Source of the DNA: an uncultured Actinomycetes bacterium
GTDB taxonomy: Bacteria > Actinomycetota > Thermoleophilia > Gaiellales > JAICJC01
Length of the DNA: 64,000 bases
Assembly (NCBI GenBank): GCA_963729195.1
Contig: CAVSNF010000024.1
Coordinates: 293,793 to 357,792 of the forward strand
Direction of reading: 5' to 3'
The translations under genes and the position numbers were made by a program. Shown piece after piece: positions 1 to 9,190 of the stretch (its first letter is position 1; each line of letters opens with the position of its first letter). The notes beneath the pieces were generated by a model. The model was not told where the DNA came from and did not search any database. It was given only the letters and a program-made list of their open reading frames with translations.

Positions 1-1009
1 GGTGACGGGCCAGCGGCAGGTACGGCCCCAGTACCTCCATGTCCTCGGCCCCGACCTGCGGGATGTTGACCGCGTTGGAGACGAACTGCCCGGTGAGCGC
101 CGCCACCACCTGCTCGGCCACCACCACGCCGGCGCGATCCTGAGCCTCCCGCGTGGAGGCCCCAAGGTGCGGAGTGACCACCACGTTTGGCAGCTTCAGC
201 ACCGCACCGTCGGTATACGGCTCGGTCGGAAAGACGTCCAGGCCCGCGCCGGCGACCTTGCCCGACTCGAGGCCGCGCACCAGCGCGTCGATGTCGACCA
301 GCTCGCCGCGAGCGGCGTTGACCACGCGCACTCCGGGCCGCATCAAGGCAATCGATCCGTCGTTGATCACGTGGCGGGTCTCGGGCGTGAGCGGGGCGTG
401 CAGCGTGATGAAGTCCGCCTGCTGCCACAGCTCTTCGAGGCTCACAGGCAGTACCTGCAGCTCCCTGCACCGTTCCGCGGTCACGAACGGGTCGTGCACG
501 ATCACCTTCATCCCCAGACCGCGGGCACGAGACGAGACCAGCTGGCCGATTCGCCCAAAGCCGACGATGCCGAGCGTCTTGTCGGCCAGCTCGACTCCGC
601 CGAACCGCGAGCGCTCCCACCGTCCCGCGGTCAGCGCGGCGTGGGCCTGGGGGATGTTTCGGGCCACCGCCAGCAGCAGACCGAGCGCGTGCTCGGCCGC
701 CGACACCATGTTCGCGCCGGGCGCGTTGGCAACGATGATGCCGCGACGAGTGGCGGCATCGACGTCCACGTTGTCCACCCCGGTGCCGGCCCTGCCAATC
801 ACCTTCAGCCGGCGTCCCTGCTCGATCAGCTCCGCAGTCACCTGGGTGGCGCTGCGCACGATCACCGCGTCGTAGTCGCCGATCCGCTGGAACAGCTCAT
901 CGGCGCCCCACTCGATCCCCATGTCCACGTCGAAGTGCTGCCTCAAGAGCTCCACTCCAGCCTCGGCGATCGGCTCCTTCACCAGCACCCGGTACGGCGA
1001 CTCAGCCAC
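1..1009 (-). CDS. serA: D-3-phosphoglycerate dehydrogenase (5' part; 3' end beyond left edge)
   Basis: Hand translation of minus strand from GTG at 1009: MAESPYRVLVKEPIAEAGVELL...VIGRAGTGVDNVDVDAATRRGIIVANAP...LGIVGFGRIGQLV (NAD GxGxxG)...GAGLDVFPTEP...VVVTPHLGAST. Start GTG overlaps the upstream stop (GTGGCTGA). Not in the ORF track because no stop lies inside the window. Confidence 0.9.
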   Translation of the reverse strand, partial: MAESPYRVLVKEPIAEAGVELLRQHFDVDMGIEWGADELFQRIGDYDAVIVRSATQVTAELIEQGRRLKVIGRAGTGVDNVDVDAATRRGIIVANAPGANMVSAAEHALGLLLAVARNIPQAHAALTAGRWERSRFGGVELADKTLGIVGFGRIGQLVSSRARGLGMKVIVHDPFVTAERCRELQVLPVSLEELWQQADFITLHAPLTPETRHVINDGSIALMRPGVRVVNAARGELVDIDALVRGLESGKVAGAGLDVFPTEPYTDGAVLKLPNVVVTPHLGASTREAQDRAGVVVAEQVVAALTGQFVSNAVNIPQVGAEDMEVLGPYLPLARH

Positions 1010-2141
1010 CGGCGAAGACCTCCAAGGCGGCCGTTGTGCCCGCGCCGGGCGCGGGCGGCGAGAATCCCAGCTCGCGCAGCGTCAGCTCGAGCCCGGCCAG
1101 CGCCGTGATGATGTCGAACTCGTTCATGTAGCCCATGTGGCCGATCCGCATGATCTTGCCGCGCAGCCGGCCCTGACCGCCGGCCAGAACGATCCCGTGC
1201 CGGTCGCGCAGGGTGGAGTAGACGACCTGGCCGTCCAGGCCGGGAGGCATCAAGAATGCCGTGACCATGGCGCTGGTGGCGTCGTCGGGTGAGAACAGCG
1301 GCAGGCCCAGCGCCTTCACCCCGGCGCGGGTGGCCTGCGCCAGACGCCGGTTGTGGGCGAAGGTCGGTTCCAGCCCTCGCTGCTCGATCATCTCAAGCGC
1401 CGCCCGCAAGCCGAACAACAATGACACCGGCGGGGTGAAGGCGGTCGTGCCCTTGGCCTGGGCGTCGGCAGCCGTCTGCCAGTCGAGATAGAAGCTCTTG
1501 GTGGGAGCGCGCCGGGCCAGCTGCCACGCCCGCTCGGACACCGACACGAATGCCAGGCCCGGGGGCGTCATCAACGCCTTCTGCGACCCCGACACGACCA
1601 CGTCGATCCCCCACTCATCGGTGCGCAGATCGACACCGCCCAAGCTCGAAACCGCGTCCACCACCAGGGCGGCACCCGTGGGGCGCACCGCTTCGGCGAT
1701 CGCCCGCACGTCGTGGATCACCCCAGTGGAGGTCTCGGACTGGGTCACGTAGACCGCCGATGCCCCGGCCGCCGCCACGCCGATCGCCGCCGGATCCAGC
1801 CGCTCGCCCCACTCCAGGGCGATGTGCTCGCACATCACATCGTGGCGCTCGCAGATCTTGGCCCAGCGCTCGCCGAAGTTCCCGGCAGACGCGACCACCA
1901 CGCGATCGCCGGGAGCGGACAGGTTGAGCACCGCCGACTCCATACCCGCGGTGCCGGATCCCGCCAGCACCAGCACATCGCCGTCGGTCTGGTACACCCG
2001 TCTGAGCCCCGCCAGCGTGCACTCGAACAGCTCCCGGAAGTCGGGGCTGCGATGGTGCATCATGGGGGCCGACATCGCCGCCGTGACCTCGGGCGGGATG
2101 GGTGTGGGGCCGGGGGTGATCAGGTACTGCCGCGACGGCAT
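1002..2141 (-). CDS. class-V aminotransferase (serine-pyruvate / alanine-glyoxylate / phosphoserine aminotransferase family)
   Basis: ORF 1002..2222; preferred start ATG 2141 (MPSRQYLITPGPTPIP...). Family hallmarks: PGPT N-terminus and SGSQKALMTPPGL (PLP-Lys region). Translationally coupled to serA, so a phosphoserine aminotransferase role is plausible. Confidence 0.8.
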   Translation of the reverse strand: MPSRQYLITPGPTPIPPEVTAAMSAPMMHHRSPDFRELFECTLAGLRRVYQTDGDVLVLAGSGTAGMESAVLNLSAPGDRVVVASAGNFGERWAKICERHDVMCEHIALEWGERLDPAAIGVAAAGASAVYVTQSETSTGVIHDVRAIAEAVRPTGAALVVDAVSSLGGVDLRTDEWGIDVVVSGSQKALMTPPGLAFVSVSERAWQLARRAPTKSFYLDWQTAADAQAKGTTAFTPPVSLLFGLRAALEMIEQRGLEPTFAHNRRLAQATRAGVKALGLPLFSPDDATSAMVTAFLMPPGLDGQVVYSTLRDRHGIVLAGGQGRLRGKIMRIGHMGYMNEFDIITALAGLELTLRELGFSPPAPGAGTTAALEVFAGG

Positions 2142-2184
2142 GGGCGCATCGTATGTGCGCTTGGCCGGCCTCCCCGCCGGTAGA

Positions 2185-3066
2185 TCAGTGCACGTGCTCG
2201 AGCGCCCACCAGGCGCCGGCATTGGTGGTCGGGAAGTCGTACAGGCTGGCGCCGATCACGCCCTCCTGCAGAGCGGTCTTGACGAAGGCAAACGTCATCC
2301 ATTTGCCCGAGGCAGGCCCCAAGCCACCGATGGCGTGGATGGGCAGATCGGGGTCGGGCAGGCGGTTCTTCAGGATCCGCAGCGACGTGCGCTCGTAGGT
2401 GACCACCCCCGGCACGGTGCTGACGTGGTAGGTGGCGTAGTCCATCGGCAGCACCACGTCGAAGCTCTCCCCCAAGGACGCGTAGGGGAATCCCGGCCAG
2501 TACTTGGGGTGAAGCTGCATGCCCCGCGGAGAGGCGATGATCGCCCCCAGCGGATACGACGGTCCGACTGCGGCCCGCAGGAACCGCCCCAGGGTGAGCA
2601 GATGCTCGGTACGCACCACCGGGTCGGCGACCACGGTGGCCTCGATATCGACCGCGACCGAGTCGAGCGCGCCACCCTTGGGTGAGCGGAAGTCGACCGC
2701 AGCCCTGATCCGGCGCATATCGGATCCCGCGTGCAGGAGCGACGGCAGGTACCACCCCACCACCTTGATGCCCCGCGCGTGGGCGAGATCGATCAACCGG
2801 CCAAGCATCATCGGGTAGCGGATTGCCGGCCGGGTGCGGTAGTTGCTGGTCTCCACGTACAGCGTCTTGACGCCATGCGCCACGGCGGAGGCCACCGTGC
2901 GGTTGGGATCGGTCCACGGCCACTTTGGCGGATACATGTCGATCCACGTCCCCAGACCGGAATAGGCGGTGACCGACGGCGCCGCCTGGGCGGTGCCGGG
3001 AGCGGTCACGGTGGCCGCGCATGCCCCTGCGGCAATCACCGCGACGGTTGCGATCAGACGTCTCAC
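2185..3066 (-). CDS. secreted hypothetical protein, possibly TIM-barrel glycoside-hydrolase-like
   Basis: 293-aa ORF with signal peptide (MRRLIATVAVIAAGACAATVTAPGTAQA). GLGTWIDMY...GVKTLYVETS...ARGIKVVGWYLP...DSVAVDIE resembles predicted GH-like lipoprotein families; assignment from memory only. GTG start overlaps the gatB stop. Confidence 0.5.
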   Translation of the reverse strand: MRRLIATVAVIAAGACAATVTAPGTAQAAPSVTAYSGLGTWIDMYPPKWPWTDPNRTVASAVAHGVKTLYVETSNYRTRPAIRYPMMLGRLIDLAHARGIKVVGWYLPSLLHAGSDMRRIRAAVDFRSPKGGALDSVAVDIEATVVADPVVRTEHLLTLGRFLRAAVGPSYPLGAIIASPRGMQLHPKYWPGFPYASLGESFDVVLPMDYATYHVSTVPGVVTYERTSLRILKNRLPDPDLPIHAIGGLGPASGKWMTFAFVKTALQEGVIGASLYDFPTTNAGAWWALEHVH

Positions 3067-4478
3067 AGGCGCTCGCGCAGGAGCTCCTGCACCTGCTTGG
3101 CGTCGGCGCGACCCTGGGTGCGCTTCATCACCTGGCCAACCAAGGCGTTGATGACGCCCTCCTTGCCCGACCGGAACTGCTCCACGAACTCCGGGTGAGC
3201 GGCCATCACCTCGTCCACCAGCGACGCCAGCTCGTCGCCACCGCCGATCGACGCCAGCCCGTGCGATTCAACCAGCGCGGCCGGATCGGCGGCGGGATCG
3301 GCCTGCATCAGCGCCAGCACCTGCTTGGCGATGGTGGCGGTAATCGTCTTCTGGGCGACCAACTCGAGCAGGGCGGCGATCCGCTCGGGCGCCAGGTCAG
3401 TGACGACCGCCGGCTGGTTTCGGACGAAGTCGGACGCGGCCTTGGGGTCGGCGCCGGCGGCGACCACGGCCTCGAAGTAGTCAGCGATCTGAGGCGAGGC
3501 GTTGAGGTCAACCGCGTCTTGGTGTGACAGGCCGAACTGCTCCTGGAACCGAGCCTGGCGAGCCGCCGGCAGTTCGGGCATCTGCTCGCGCACAGCCTCG
3601 ATCTGGACCGTGCCCAGTTCCAGTGGCACCAGGTCGGGCTCGGGGAAGTAGCGGTAGTCGTCGGCCTCCTCCTTGGAGCGACGGGCGTGCAGCGAACGAT
3701 CGGAAGGGTCGTAGTGAAGTGTCTGCTGGCGCACCTCCCCTCCGGCGGTGAGCAGCTCGATCTGACGGTCGATCTCGGCCGCCATCCCCTCACCCAGGAA
3801 CTTGAAGGAGTTCATATTCTTGAGTTCGGTCTTGGTGCCGAATTCCTGCTCGCCGACGCGCCTCACCGACACGTTGGCGTCGCAGCGCAGCGACCCCTTC
3901 TCCATGTCACAATCGCTGACGCCGATCGTCTGCAGCGTGTTCTTCAAAAGCGCCAGGAATGCGACCGCCTGCTCGGGCGAGCGAATATCCGGCTCTGTCA
4001 CGATCTCCACCAGCGGAGTGCCGCAGCGGTTGAAGTCGACCAGGGAGAAGTCGGCTCCCGCGATCCGCCCTCCCGATCCGCCGGCGTGCACCAGTTTGGC
4101 AGCGTCCTCCTCGAGGTGGGCGCGGGTGATCCCGATCCGCCCGCCGTCCACCACCAGCTCTCCGCGGCCGCAGATCGGCTGGTCGTACTGGGTGATCTGA
4201 TAGGCCTTGGGGCTGTCGGGATAGAAGTAGTTCTTGCGGTGAAACTGTGAGCTGGGGGCGATCTCGCAGTCCAGCGCCAGGCCGATCTGGATGGCCTTGT
4301 CGACCGCCGCCTGGTTGATCACCGGCAGCACGCCGGGGTGGCCCAGGCAGAGCGGGCAGGTGAGCGTGTTGGGCTCGGCGCCGAAACGGTTCTCACAGGC
4401 GCAGAACATCTTGGTTTCGGTGTTCAGCTGGACGTGGATCTCCAGGCCGATCACCGGCTCCCACTCGGCGCTGCTCAT
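3063..4478 (-). CDS. gatB: Asp-tRNA(Asn)/Glu-tRNA(Gln) amidotransferase subunit B
   Basis: 471-aa intact ORF: WEPVIGLEIHVQL...MFCAC...CPLCLGHPGVLP...RKNYFYPD...C-terminal YqeY-like tail. ATGA overlap with gatA stop. Confidence 0.97.
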   Translation of the reverse strand: MSSAEWEPVIGLEIHVQLNTETKMFCACENRFGAEPNTLTCPLCLGHPGVLPVINQAAVDKAIQIGLALDCEIAPSSQFHRKNYFYPDSPKAYQITQYDQPICGRGELVVDGGRIGITRAHLEEDAAKLVHAGGSGGRIAGADFSLVDFNRCGTPLVEIVTEPDIRSPEQAVAFLALLKNTLQTIGVSDCDMEKGSLRCDANVSVRRVGEQEFGTKTELKNMNSFKFLGEGMAAEIDRQIELLTAGGEVRQQTLHYDPSDRSLHARRSKEEADDYRYFPEPDLVPLELGTVQIEAVREQMPELPAARQARFQEQFGLSHQDAVDLNASPQIADYFEAVVAAGADPKAASDFVRNQPAVVTDLAPERIAALLELVAQKTITATIAKQVLALMQADPAADPAALVESHGLASIGGGDELASLVDEVMAAHPEFVEQFRSGKEGVINALVGQVMKRTQGRADAKQVQELLRERL

Positions 4479-5944
4479 GCGCTCGCCGCCCGCAGCGCCG
4501 GCGGCACCGGATCAAAGTCGATGGCCTGCTCCAGCGCGTGCGCGGCCGACAGGATGCGGTTCTCGGAGAAGGCGTTCCCGACCAGCTGCAGGCCCACCGG
4601 GAGTCCCTCGCTCAACCCCGACGGGATCGAGATTCCCGGTAGCCCCGCCAGGTTGACCGGCACGGTCAGGATGTCGCAGGCATACATCGCCCACGGATCA
4701 TCGATCCGCTCACCGATCCCAAACGCCACCGTCGGCGACGCCGGGGTGGCGATCAGATCGACCTGGGCAAATGCCTCCTGGTAATCGCGCCGCACCAGCG
4801 TGCGCACCCGCTGTGCGGTGCCGTAGTAGGCGTCGTAGTACCCGGCCGAGAGCACATAGGTGCCCAGCATGATCCGGCGCTTGACCTCCGACCCGAACCC
4901 GTGGGAGCGGGTGCGGCCGTACATGTCGATGATCGAGTCGCCGGGCTCCTCCAGCCGCAGCCCAAAGCGCACACCGTCGAACCGCGCGAGATTGGCCGAG
5001 GCCTCTGCCGGGGCGATCAGGTAGTAGGCCGGCAGCGCGTGCACCGCGTGCGGCAGGGCGATCTCACGGACAGTGGCGCCGAGACCTTCGGCCTTGGCGA
5101 TGGCAGCATCGAACGAGGCGCGCACCCCCGGTTCCACCCCCCGCTCGAGCTGATCGGTGGGGACGCCGATCACCACGCCTCGGAGATCCTCCGCGTCGGG
5201 CACCACGATCGGCTCGGGCAGCGGCACCGAGGTCGAATCGCAGGGGTCGTGGCCGGCGATCACACCCAAAAGCAAGGCCGCGTCACGCACCGTCAGCGCA
5301 AACGGACCGATCTGATCGAGCGAGGAGCCGAACGCAATCAGGCCGTGCCGAGACACCGCCCCGTAGGTCGGCTTGAGGCCAACCACGCCGCACAGCGCGG
5401 CCGGCTGGCGGATCGAGCCGCCGGTGTCGGTACCCAATGCGATTGGCGCCAGCCCCGCAGCGACCGCTGCCGCCGATCCGCCGCTGGATCCTCCCGGCAC
5501 GGTGGTCACGTCCCACGGGTTGTGGGTGGGCCCGAAGGCGGAATGCTCGGTCGACGAGCCCATCGCGAACTCGTCCATGTTGGTCTTGCCCAGGGAGATC
5601 AGCCCGGCGTCGTTGCCCCGCTGCACCGCCCCGGCGTCGTACAGCGGGCGGTGCCCGGCCAGGATCCGCGATCCCGCGGTCGTCTCCTCCCCCCGCGTGC
5701 AGAGGATGTCCTTGTAGGCGATCGGGACTCCCTGCAACCCCGAGCGGCCGTCGCGATCGAATCTGGATGCCGCCTCGATCGCCGCATCGGCGCGCGTGCG
5801 CACGTAGGCATTCAGCTCGCCGTTTCGCTGCTCGATCGCATCGAGGTAGGCGGACACCAGCTCGTGGCATGAGATCTCGCCCGAATCGAGCAGCGCGACA
5901 CTGCGCTCGACGGTCAGACCCAGGGTGTCGATTGCCGCGGTCAT
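4475..5944 (-). CDS. gatA: Asp-tRNA(Asn)/Glu-tRNA(Gln) amidotransferase subunit A
   Basis: Start at internal ATG 5944 (aa 90 of the 578-aa track ORF): MTAAIDTLGLTVERSVALLDSGEIS... Amidase signature GGSSGGSAAAVAAG...GTDTGGSIRQPAA. 489 aa. Confidence 0.95.
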   Translation of the reverse strand: MTAAIDTLGLTVERSVALLDSGEISCHELVSAYLDAIEQRNGELNAYVRTRADAAIEAASRFDRDGRSGLQGVPIAYKDILCTRGEETTAGSRILAGHRPLYDAGAVQRGNDAGLISLGKTNMDEFAMGSSTEHSAFGPTHNPWDVTTVPGGSSGGSAAAVAAGLAPIALGTDTGGSIRQPAALCGVVGLKPTYGAVSRHGLIAFGSSLDQIGPFALTVRDAALLLGVIAGHDPCDSTSVPLPEPIVVPDAEDLRGVVIGVPTDQLERGVEPGVRASFDAAIAKAEGLGATVREIALPHAVHALPAYYLIAPAEASANLARFDGVRFGLRLEEPGDSIIDMYGRTRSHGFGSEVKRRIMLGTYVLSAGYYDAYYGTAQRVRTLVRRDYQEAFAQVDLIATPASPTVAFGIGERIDDPWAMYACDILTVPVNLAGLPGISIPSGLSEGLPVGLQLVGNAFSENRILSAAHALEQAIDFDPVPPALRAASA

Positions 5945-6224
5945 GCCGGAGGCACCCGAAATGCGCCCTGCTCTGCTTCGGGCGCGTTGCTCAGCACCTC
6001 GTCCAGCGGCCATGACGGCCGCACCCGGTCGGGTCGGGTGACGTTTGTCGAGATCGAGCGCGTGCGCGGTCGGCTCGACTCCCTCGAGCTCCAGACCCGA
6101 CAGCGCCGCGACGTGCTCGAGGATGCTCGAAAGCTGCTCGGTGGCGCGATCGACCTCGTCCTCGGTCAGCGACAGGCGCGCCAAGCGCGGCGACGTGCAG
6201 AACGTCTTCACGGGAGATTGACAC
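5941..6224 (-). pseudogene. gatC: amidotransferase subunit C, frame-disrupted as written (two +1 insertions)
   Basis: GTG 6224 gives MSISREDVLHVAAL. Next frame gives ARLSLTEDEVDRATEQLSSILEHVAALSGLELEGVEPTAHALDLD. Next frame gives [34 protein letters not shown], with TGA 5941-5943 overlapping the gatA ATG. Extra bases appear to lie in CC 6181-6182 and TTT 6044-6046. Confidence 0.85.
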
Positions 6225-6269
6225 GGCGCCAGAATAGTCGAGCGGCCGCGGAGCGGGATCAGGAGCGGA

Positions 6270-6503
6270 TCAGTTGGAGCAGGAGCGAGTCTTCTTGGTC
6301 AGGGCACCACGGTGTACGCCGTTGGCCTGTTTTCCCTTGTCGCCTTCGGTGACCTCGAACTCGACCCGCTGGCCTTCCGCCAGGGTCTTGTACCCCTCGC
6401 CCGCGATCTCCGAAAAGTGCACGAACACGTCATCACCCCCGTCCTGCTGGATGAAGCCGTAGCCCTTCTCATTGCTAAACCACTTGACGGTGCCTTCTGC
6501 CAA
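6270..6503 (-). CDS. cold-shock protein (CspA family)
   Basis: [30 protein letters not shown] (RNP1/RNP2 motifs). TTG 6503 preferred, since GGGAGGG lies about 7 nt upstream. The tail [21 protein letters not shown] is longer than typical Csp proteins. Confidence 0.9.
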   Translation of the reverse strand: MAEGTVKWFSNEKGYGFIQQDGGDDVFVHFSEIAGEGYKTLAEGQRVEFEVTEGDKGKQANGVHRGALTKKTRSCSN

Positions 6504-6599
6504 CGTCGTTCCCTCCCTCAAGCCTCCCGGCAGGCGCCGGATTGCGCAACATTAGAGCACCGTCAAGACGTACGCAATCCGTCGCGCCTGAGCACTGCT

Positions 6600-7453
6600 C
6601 TAACGCGGTCGGCGTGCCTCTGCGGCGGTCAGGGTGTTGGCCATCAACATCGCGATCGTCATCGGCCCGACACCGCCGGGAACCGGCGTGATCGCGCCCG
6701 CAACCTCGCTTGCAGAGGCAAATTCGACGTCGCCGACGAGTCCGGCGTCGGTGCGGTTGATGCCCACGTCGATGACCGTCGCCCCCGGCTTGATCATGTC
6801 GCCGGTGATCATCTCGGGTCGGCCCACGGCCGCAACCACGATGTCGGCCCGGCGGATCACCGCAGGCAGGTCGCGCGTGCGCGAGTGGCAGATGGTGACA
6901 GTCGCGCTCTCGTGCAGGAGCAGCAGCGCGACCGGCTTTCCGACGATGTCCGAGCGTCCCACCACCACCGCATCGGCGCCCTCGAGGGGCACTCCGGTGC
7001 GTTTCGAGCAGCTCCAGCACACCGGCCGGGGTGCAGGCGCGCAGCCCGGGCTGTCCCGAGACCAGCAGACCCACGTTGACCGGATGAAACCCGTCCACGT
7101 CCTTGGCCGGGATCGAGCCGATCGAGCACCTGCTTGAAGTCGAGCCCGGCGGGGAGCGGTGCCTGCACCAGGATGCCGTCGACACGGTCATCGGCGTTCA
7201 TTCGGTCGACCATTGCAAGCACATCGGCCTGACTCGAGGTGGCCGGCATCGGTTCGTGGAACGAGACCATTCCGGCCTCTTCGCAGGCGCGAATCTTGTT
7301 TCGCACGTACACCTGCGAAGCCGGGTCCTCGCCGACCAGAACGGTTACCAGACCGGGTTTGTGGCCTGTGCGTTCGGTGAAAGCGCGGACCCGTTCGGCC
7401 ACGTCGGCCCGCACTTCTGCCGCCACAGCGGCGCCGTCAATAATCGTTGCCAT
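6600..7453 (-). pseudogene. folD: bifunctional methylenetetrahydrofolate dehydrogenase/cyclohydrolase, frame-disrupted as written (two +1 insertions)
   Basis: ATG 7453 MATIIDGAAVAAEV...[20 protein letters not shown], then frame hop near GGG 7109-7111 to [40 protein letters not shown]. Second hop near GG 6996-6997 to [26 protein letters not shown]...[19 protein letters not shown]. Minus-strand frames run 1>0>2. Confidence 0.9.
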
Positions 7454-7651
7454 GGGGCCGCACATTACCGAACTCACCCTTGCGGGGGATTTCGATCGGG
7501 GCTCACTCAAGTTTTACTGAGGTCTGGCGATACAGCACTGGACGGTTTGCAAAACGTCACCGTTGTATCGGCAAACTTACGCCGCCCCCCATGTGTCAAA
7601 GCGAACCCGGATGCCGGGAACGCCAGAGTTCCCGAGGAGGTGAATCCCCCA

Positions 7652-7822
7652 ATGCTCGAGTACTTCTCCCGGCTCTTCGCCGAGCTCAAGGACGAGGCCG
7701 GCCAGACCATGGCCGAGTATGCCGTCGTTCTGGCCGTGATTACGATCGCGGTTGTGGTGACCCTGGGTCTGCTCAGCACCGCCATTAGTGGCAAGCTGAC
7801 CAGCGTCATCGGCGTCCTCTAG
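7652..7822 (+). CDS. flp: Flp/Fap family pilin, paralog 1 (56 aa)
   Basis: ATG 7652 preceded by GAGGAGG. MLEYFSRLFAELKDEAGQTMAEYAVVLAVITIAVVVTLGLLSTAISGKLTSVIGVL carries the class-III signal/Flp motif G|QTMAEY followed by a hydrophobic helix. Below the 60-aa track cutoff as a stand-alone ORF. Confidence 0.9.
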   Translation: MLEYFSRLFAELKDEAGQTMAEYAVVLAVITIAVVVTLGLLSTAISGKLTSVIGVL

Positions 7823-7845
7823 TTCTTGCGCCTTGTTGTAGTCAT

Positions 7846-7881
7846 CTGCGGGCCCCGCGCCTTTGGGCTCGGGGCCCGCAG
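7846..7881 (+). terminator. stem-loop after flp1 (12-bp perfect GC stem)
   Basis: CTGCGGGCCCCG-cgcctttgggct-CGGGGCCCGCAG, 24 nt after the flp1 stop. No U-tract follows. Confidence 0.5.
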
Positions 7882-8011
7882 TGACATATCGCCCGCAAGG
7901 GTGATCCTCCGGAATCGAAGTAAATCCGGCGCCTGTCGGGTCGAATCACCTTTTAGTGCAGTGCAGGTGTTTCCAATGCAGGTTTTCCGGTTTTTTCGGA
8001 GGAGGTGAAGA

Positions 8012-8182
8012 ATGATCGAGTACGCATCAAAGCTTCTCGGTGAGCTGAAGAACGAGGCCGGCCAGACGATGGCTGAGTACGCCGTAGTCCTGGCCGTGAT
8101 CACGATCGCCGTGGTCGTCACCTTGGGTCTGCTGAGCACAGCAATTAAGGGCCAGCTGACCAGTGTAATCGGCGTTCTCTAG
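8012..8182 (+). CDS. flp: Flp/Fap family pilin, paralog 2 (56 aa)
   Basis: ATG 8012 preceded by GGAGGAGG. MIEYASKLLGELKNEAGQTMAEYAVVLAVITIAVVVTLGLLSTAIKGQLTSVIGVL. Found by hand; not in the ORF track because it is under 60 aa. Confidence 0.9.
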   Translation: MIEYASKLLGELKNEAGQTMAEYAVVLAVITIAVVVTLGLLSTAIKGQLTSVIGVL

Positions 8183-8211
8183 CCGCAAGGCGGAGAGCGG
8201 AACGTGGTTCG

Positions 8212-8245
8212 GCGGGCCCCAGACCTTCGGGTTCCCGGGGTCCGC
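8212..8245 (+). terminator. stem-loop after flp2
   Basis: GCGGGCCCC...GGGGTCCGC: 9-bp stem with one G.U pair and a 16-nt loop containing an ACC-TTCG-GGT mini-hairpin. Confidence 0.35.
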
Positions 8246-8309
8246 AAGACCATCAACCAATCGCCCGAAGTTCCAGGCGGCTAGTTACATACGGAGGAAG
8301 GTGGACACG

Positions 8310-8480
8310 TTGTTGGAGCGGTTTCAGCGTCTGTTCGCCCGTGGTTGCAGCGAGTCAGGCCAGACGATGGCCGAGTACGCAGTCACGTTGACGGTTATCA
8401 CACTCGCGATCGTTCTGACCGTTGGACTCTTGAGCACAGCGATCGCGAACGATCTCACCCGAGTTATCTCGGCGCTTTAG
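8310..8480 (+). CDS. flp: Flp/Fap family pilin, paralog 3 (56 aa, divergent)
   Basis: TTG 8310 chosen by alignment to paralogs 1 and 2; GGAGGAAGG lies upstream. MLERFQRLFARGCSESGQTMAEYAVTLTVITLAIVLTVGLLSTAIANDLTRVISAL. GTG 8301 is an alternative start. Confidence 0.8.
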   Translation: MLERFQRLFARGCSESGQTMAEYAVTLTVITLAIVLTVGLLSTAIANDLTRVISAL

Positions 8481-8584
8481 ATATCCACGTACTTGTATCG
8501 GCCGGCTCAATCATCACATCCCGGCCAGGTTCGTCAGACAAAACCCCCCGTATGTCCCCTATGAACCACACACTGAGGAAGAGC

Positions 8585-9004
8585 ATGATCCGCAAGATTG
8601 CACGAGATGAGCGAGGACAGGCGGTGACGGAGTTTGCCGTCATTCTGCCGGTGTTGCTTTTGGTGCTGTTTGCAATCTTCCAGTTCGGCATCATCTTCAA
8701 CAACTACATTCAGGTCACCGCGGCCGCGCGCGAAGGTGCTCGTAAGGGCGCCGTCAACCGCACCACGGGGAACTGCGCAGCTGTTGTCGCTCTGGCCACC
8801 AGCTCGGCCAAGTCGGCCGCGCCCGGTCTCAACTGGACGAGCGCCGGTGCCGGCGTGAGCGCCACCGATACCTGCACGAGCAATGCGCTCGCGCAGGGTA
8901 GTGACTTCACAATCACGGCCAGCTATCCGTGGACTGTGTCCCTGCTGGGCCAGGTGGTGGCGTCCGGAAATCTGAGTTCGTCCACCACTATGCGAGTCGA
9001 GTGA
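8585..9004 (+). CDS. tadE: TadE-like pseudopilin/minor pilin
   Basis: ATG 8585 (GAGGAAGAG upstream) within ORF 8345..9004. MIRKIARDERGQAVTEFAVILPVLLLVLFAIFQFG is the TadE N-terminal motif; 139 aa. Confidence 0.85.
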   Translation: MIRKIARDERGQAVTEFAVILPVLLLVLFAIFQFGIIFNNYIQVTAAAREGARKGAVNRTTGNCAAVVALATSSAKSAAPGLNWTSAGAGVSATDTCTSNALAQGSDFTITASYPWTVSLLGQVVASGNLSSSTTMRVE

Positions 9005-9027
9005 GCCCGTCCCTTTGGCGGGCTCAC
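9001..9027 (+). terminator. stem-loop containing the tadE stop codon
   Basis: GTGAGCCCG-tccctttgg-CGGGCTCAC, a 9-bp perfect stem. The TGA stop at 9002-9004 lies inside the 5' arm. Confidence 0.45.
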
Positions 9028-9190
9028 CGACTCGCTCAGTTCTCCCCGTTGTATTCGCCTACCAGTCCCCCTGAACCAGCGATCTGGGCTTGTAACTCCA
9101 GCCCTCGGATCGCCTTCTAAAGTCCCCGCCCGCCACTGCCGATAGTGGATGGGTTACGTCCCCGAGTCTTCCCCTAAGTGAGGCAGCCGC

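Noticed and set aside
2-1108. 368-aa plus-strand ORF (and nested 153..875, 921..1292 ORFs)
   Set aside because: It is antisense to a clearly conserved serA reading frame. The Arg/His/Pro/Gly-rich, low-complexity translation is typical of spurious open frames in very GC-rich DNA.
4475-6211. 578-aa ORF that looks like a GatC-GatA fusion protein
   Set aside because: The GatC-like segment is joined to GatA only because two single-base insertions put part of gatC into the gatA frame. The authentic gatC C-terminus and its TGA overlapping the gatA ATG are visible in the next frame.
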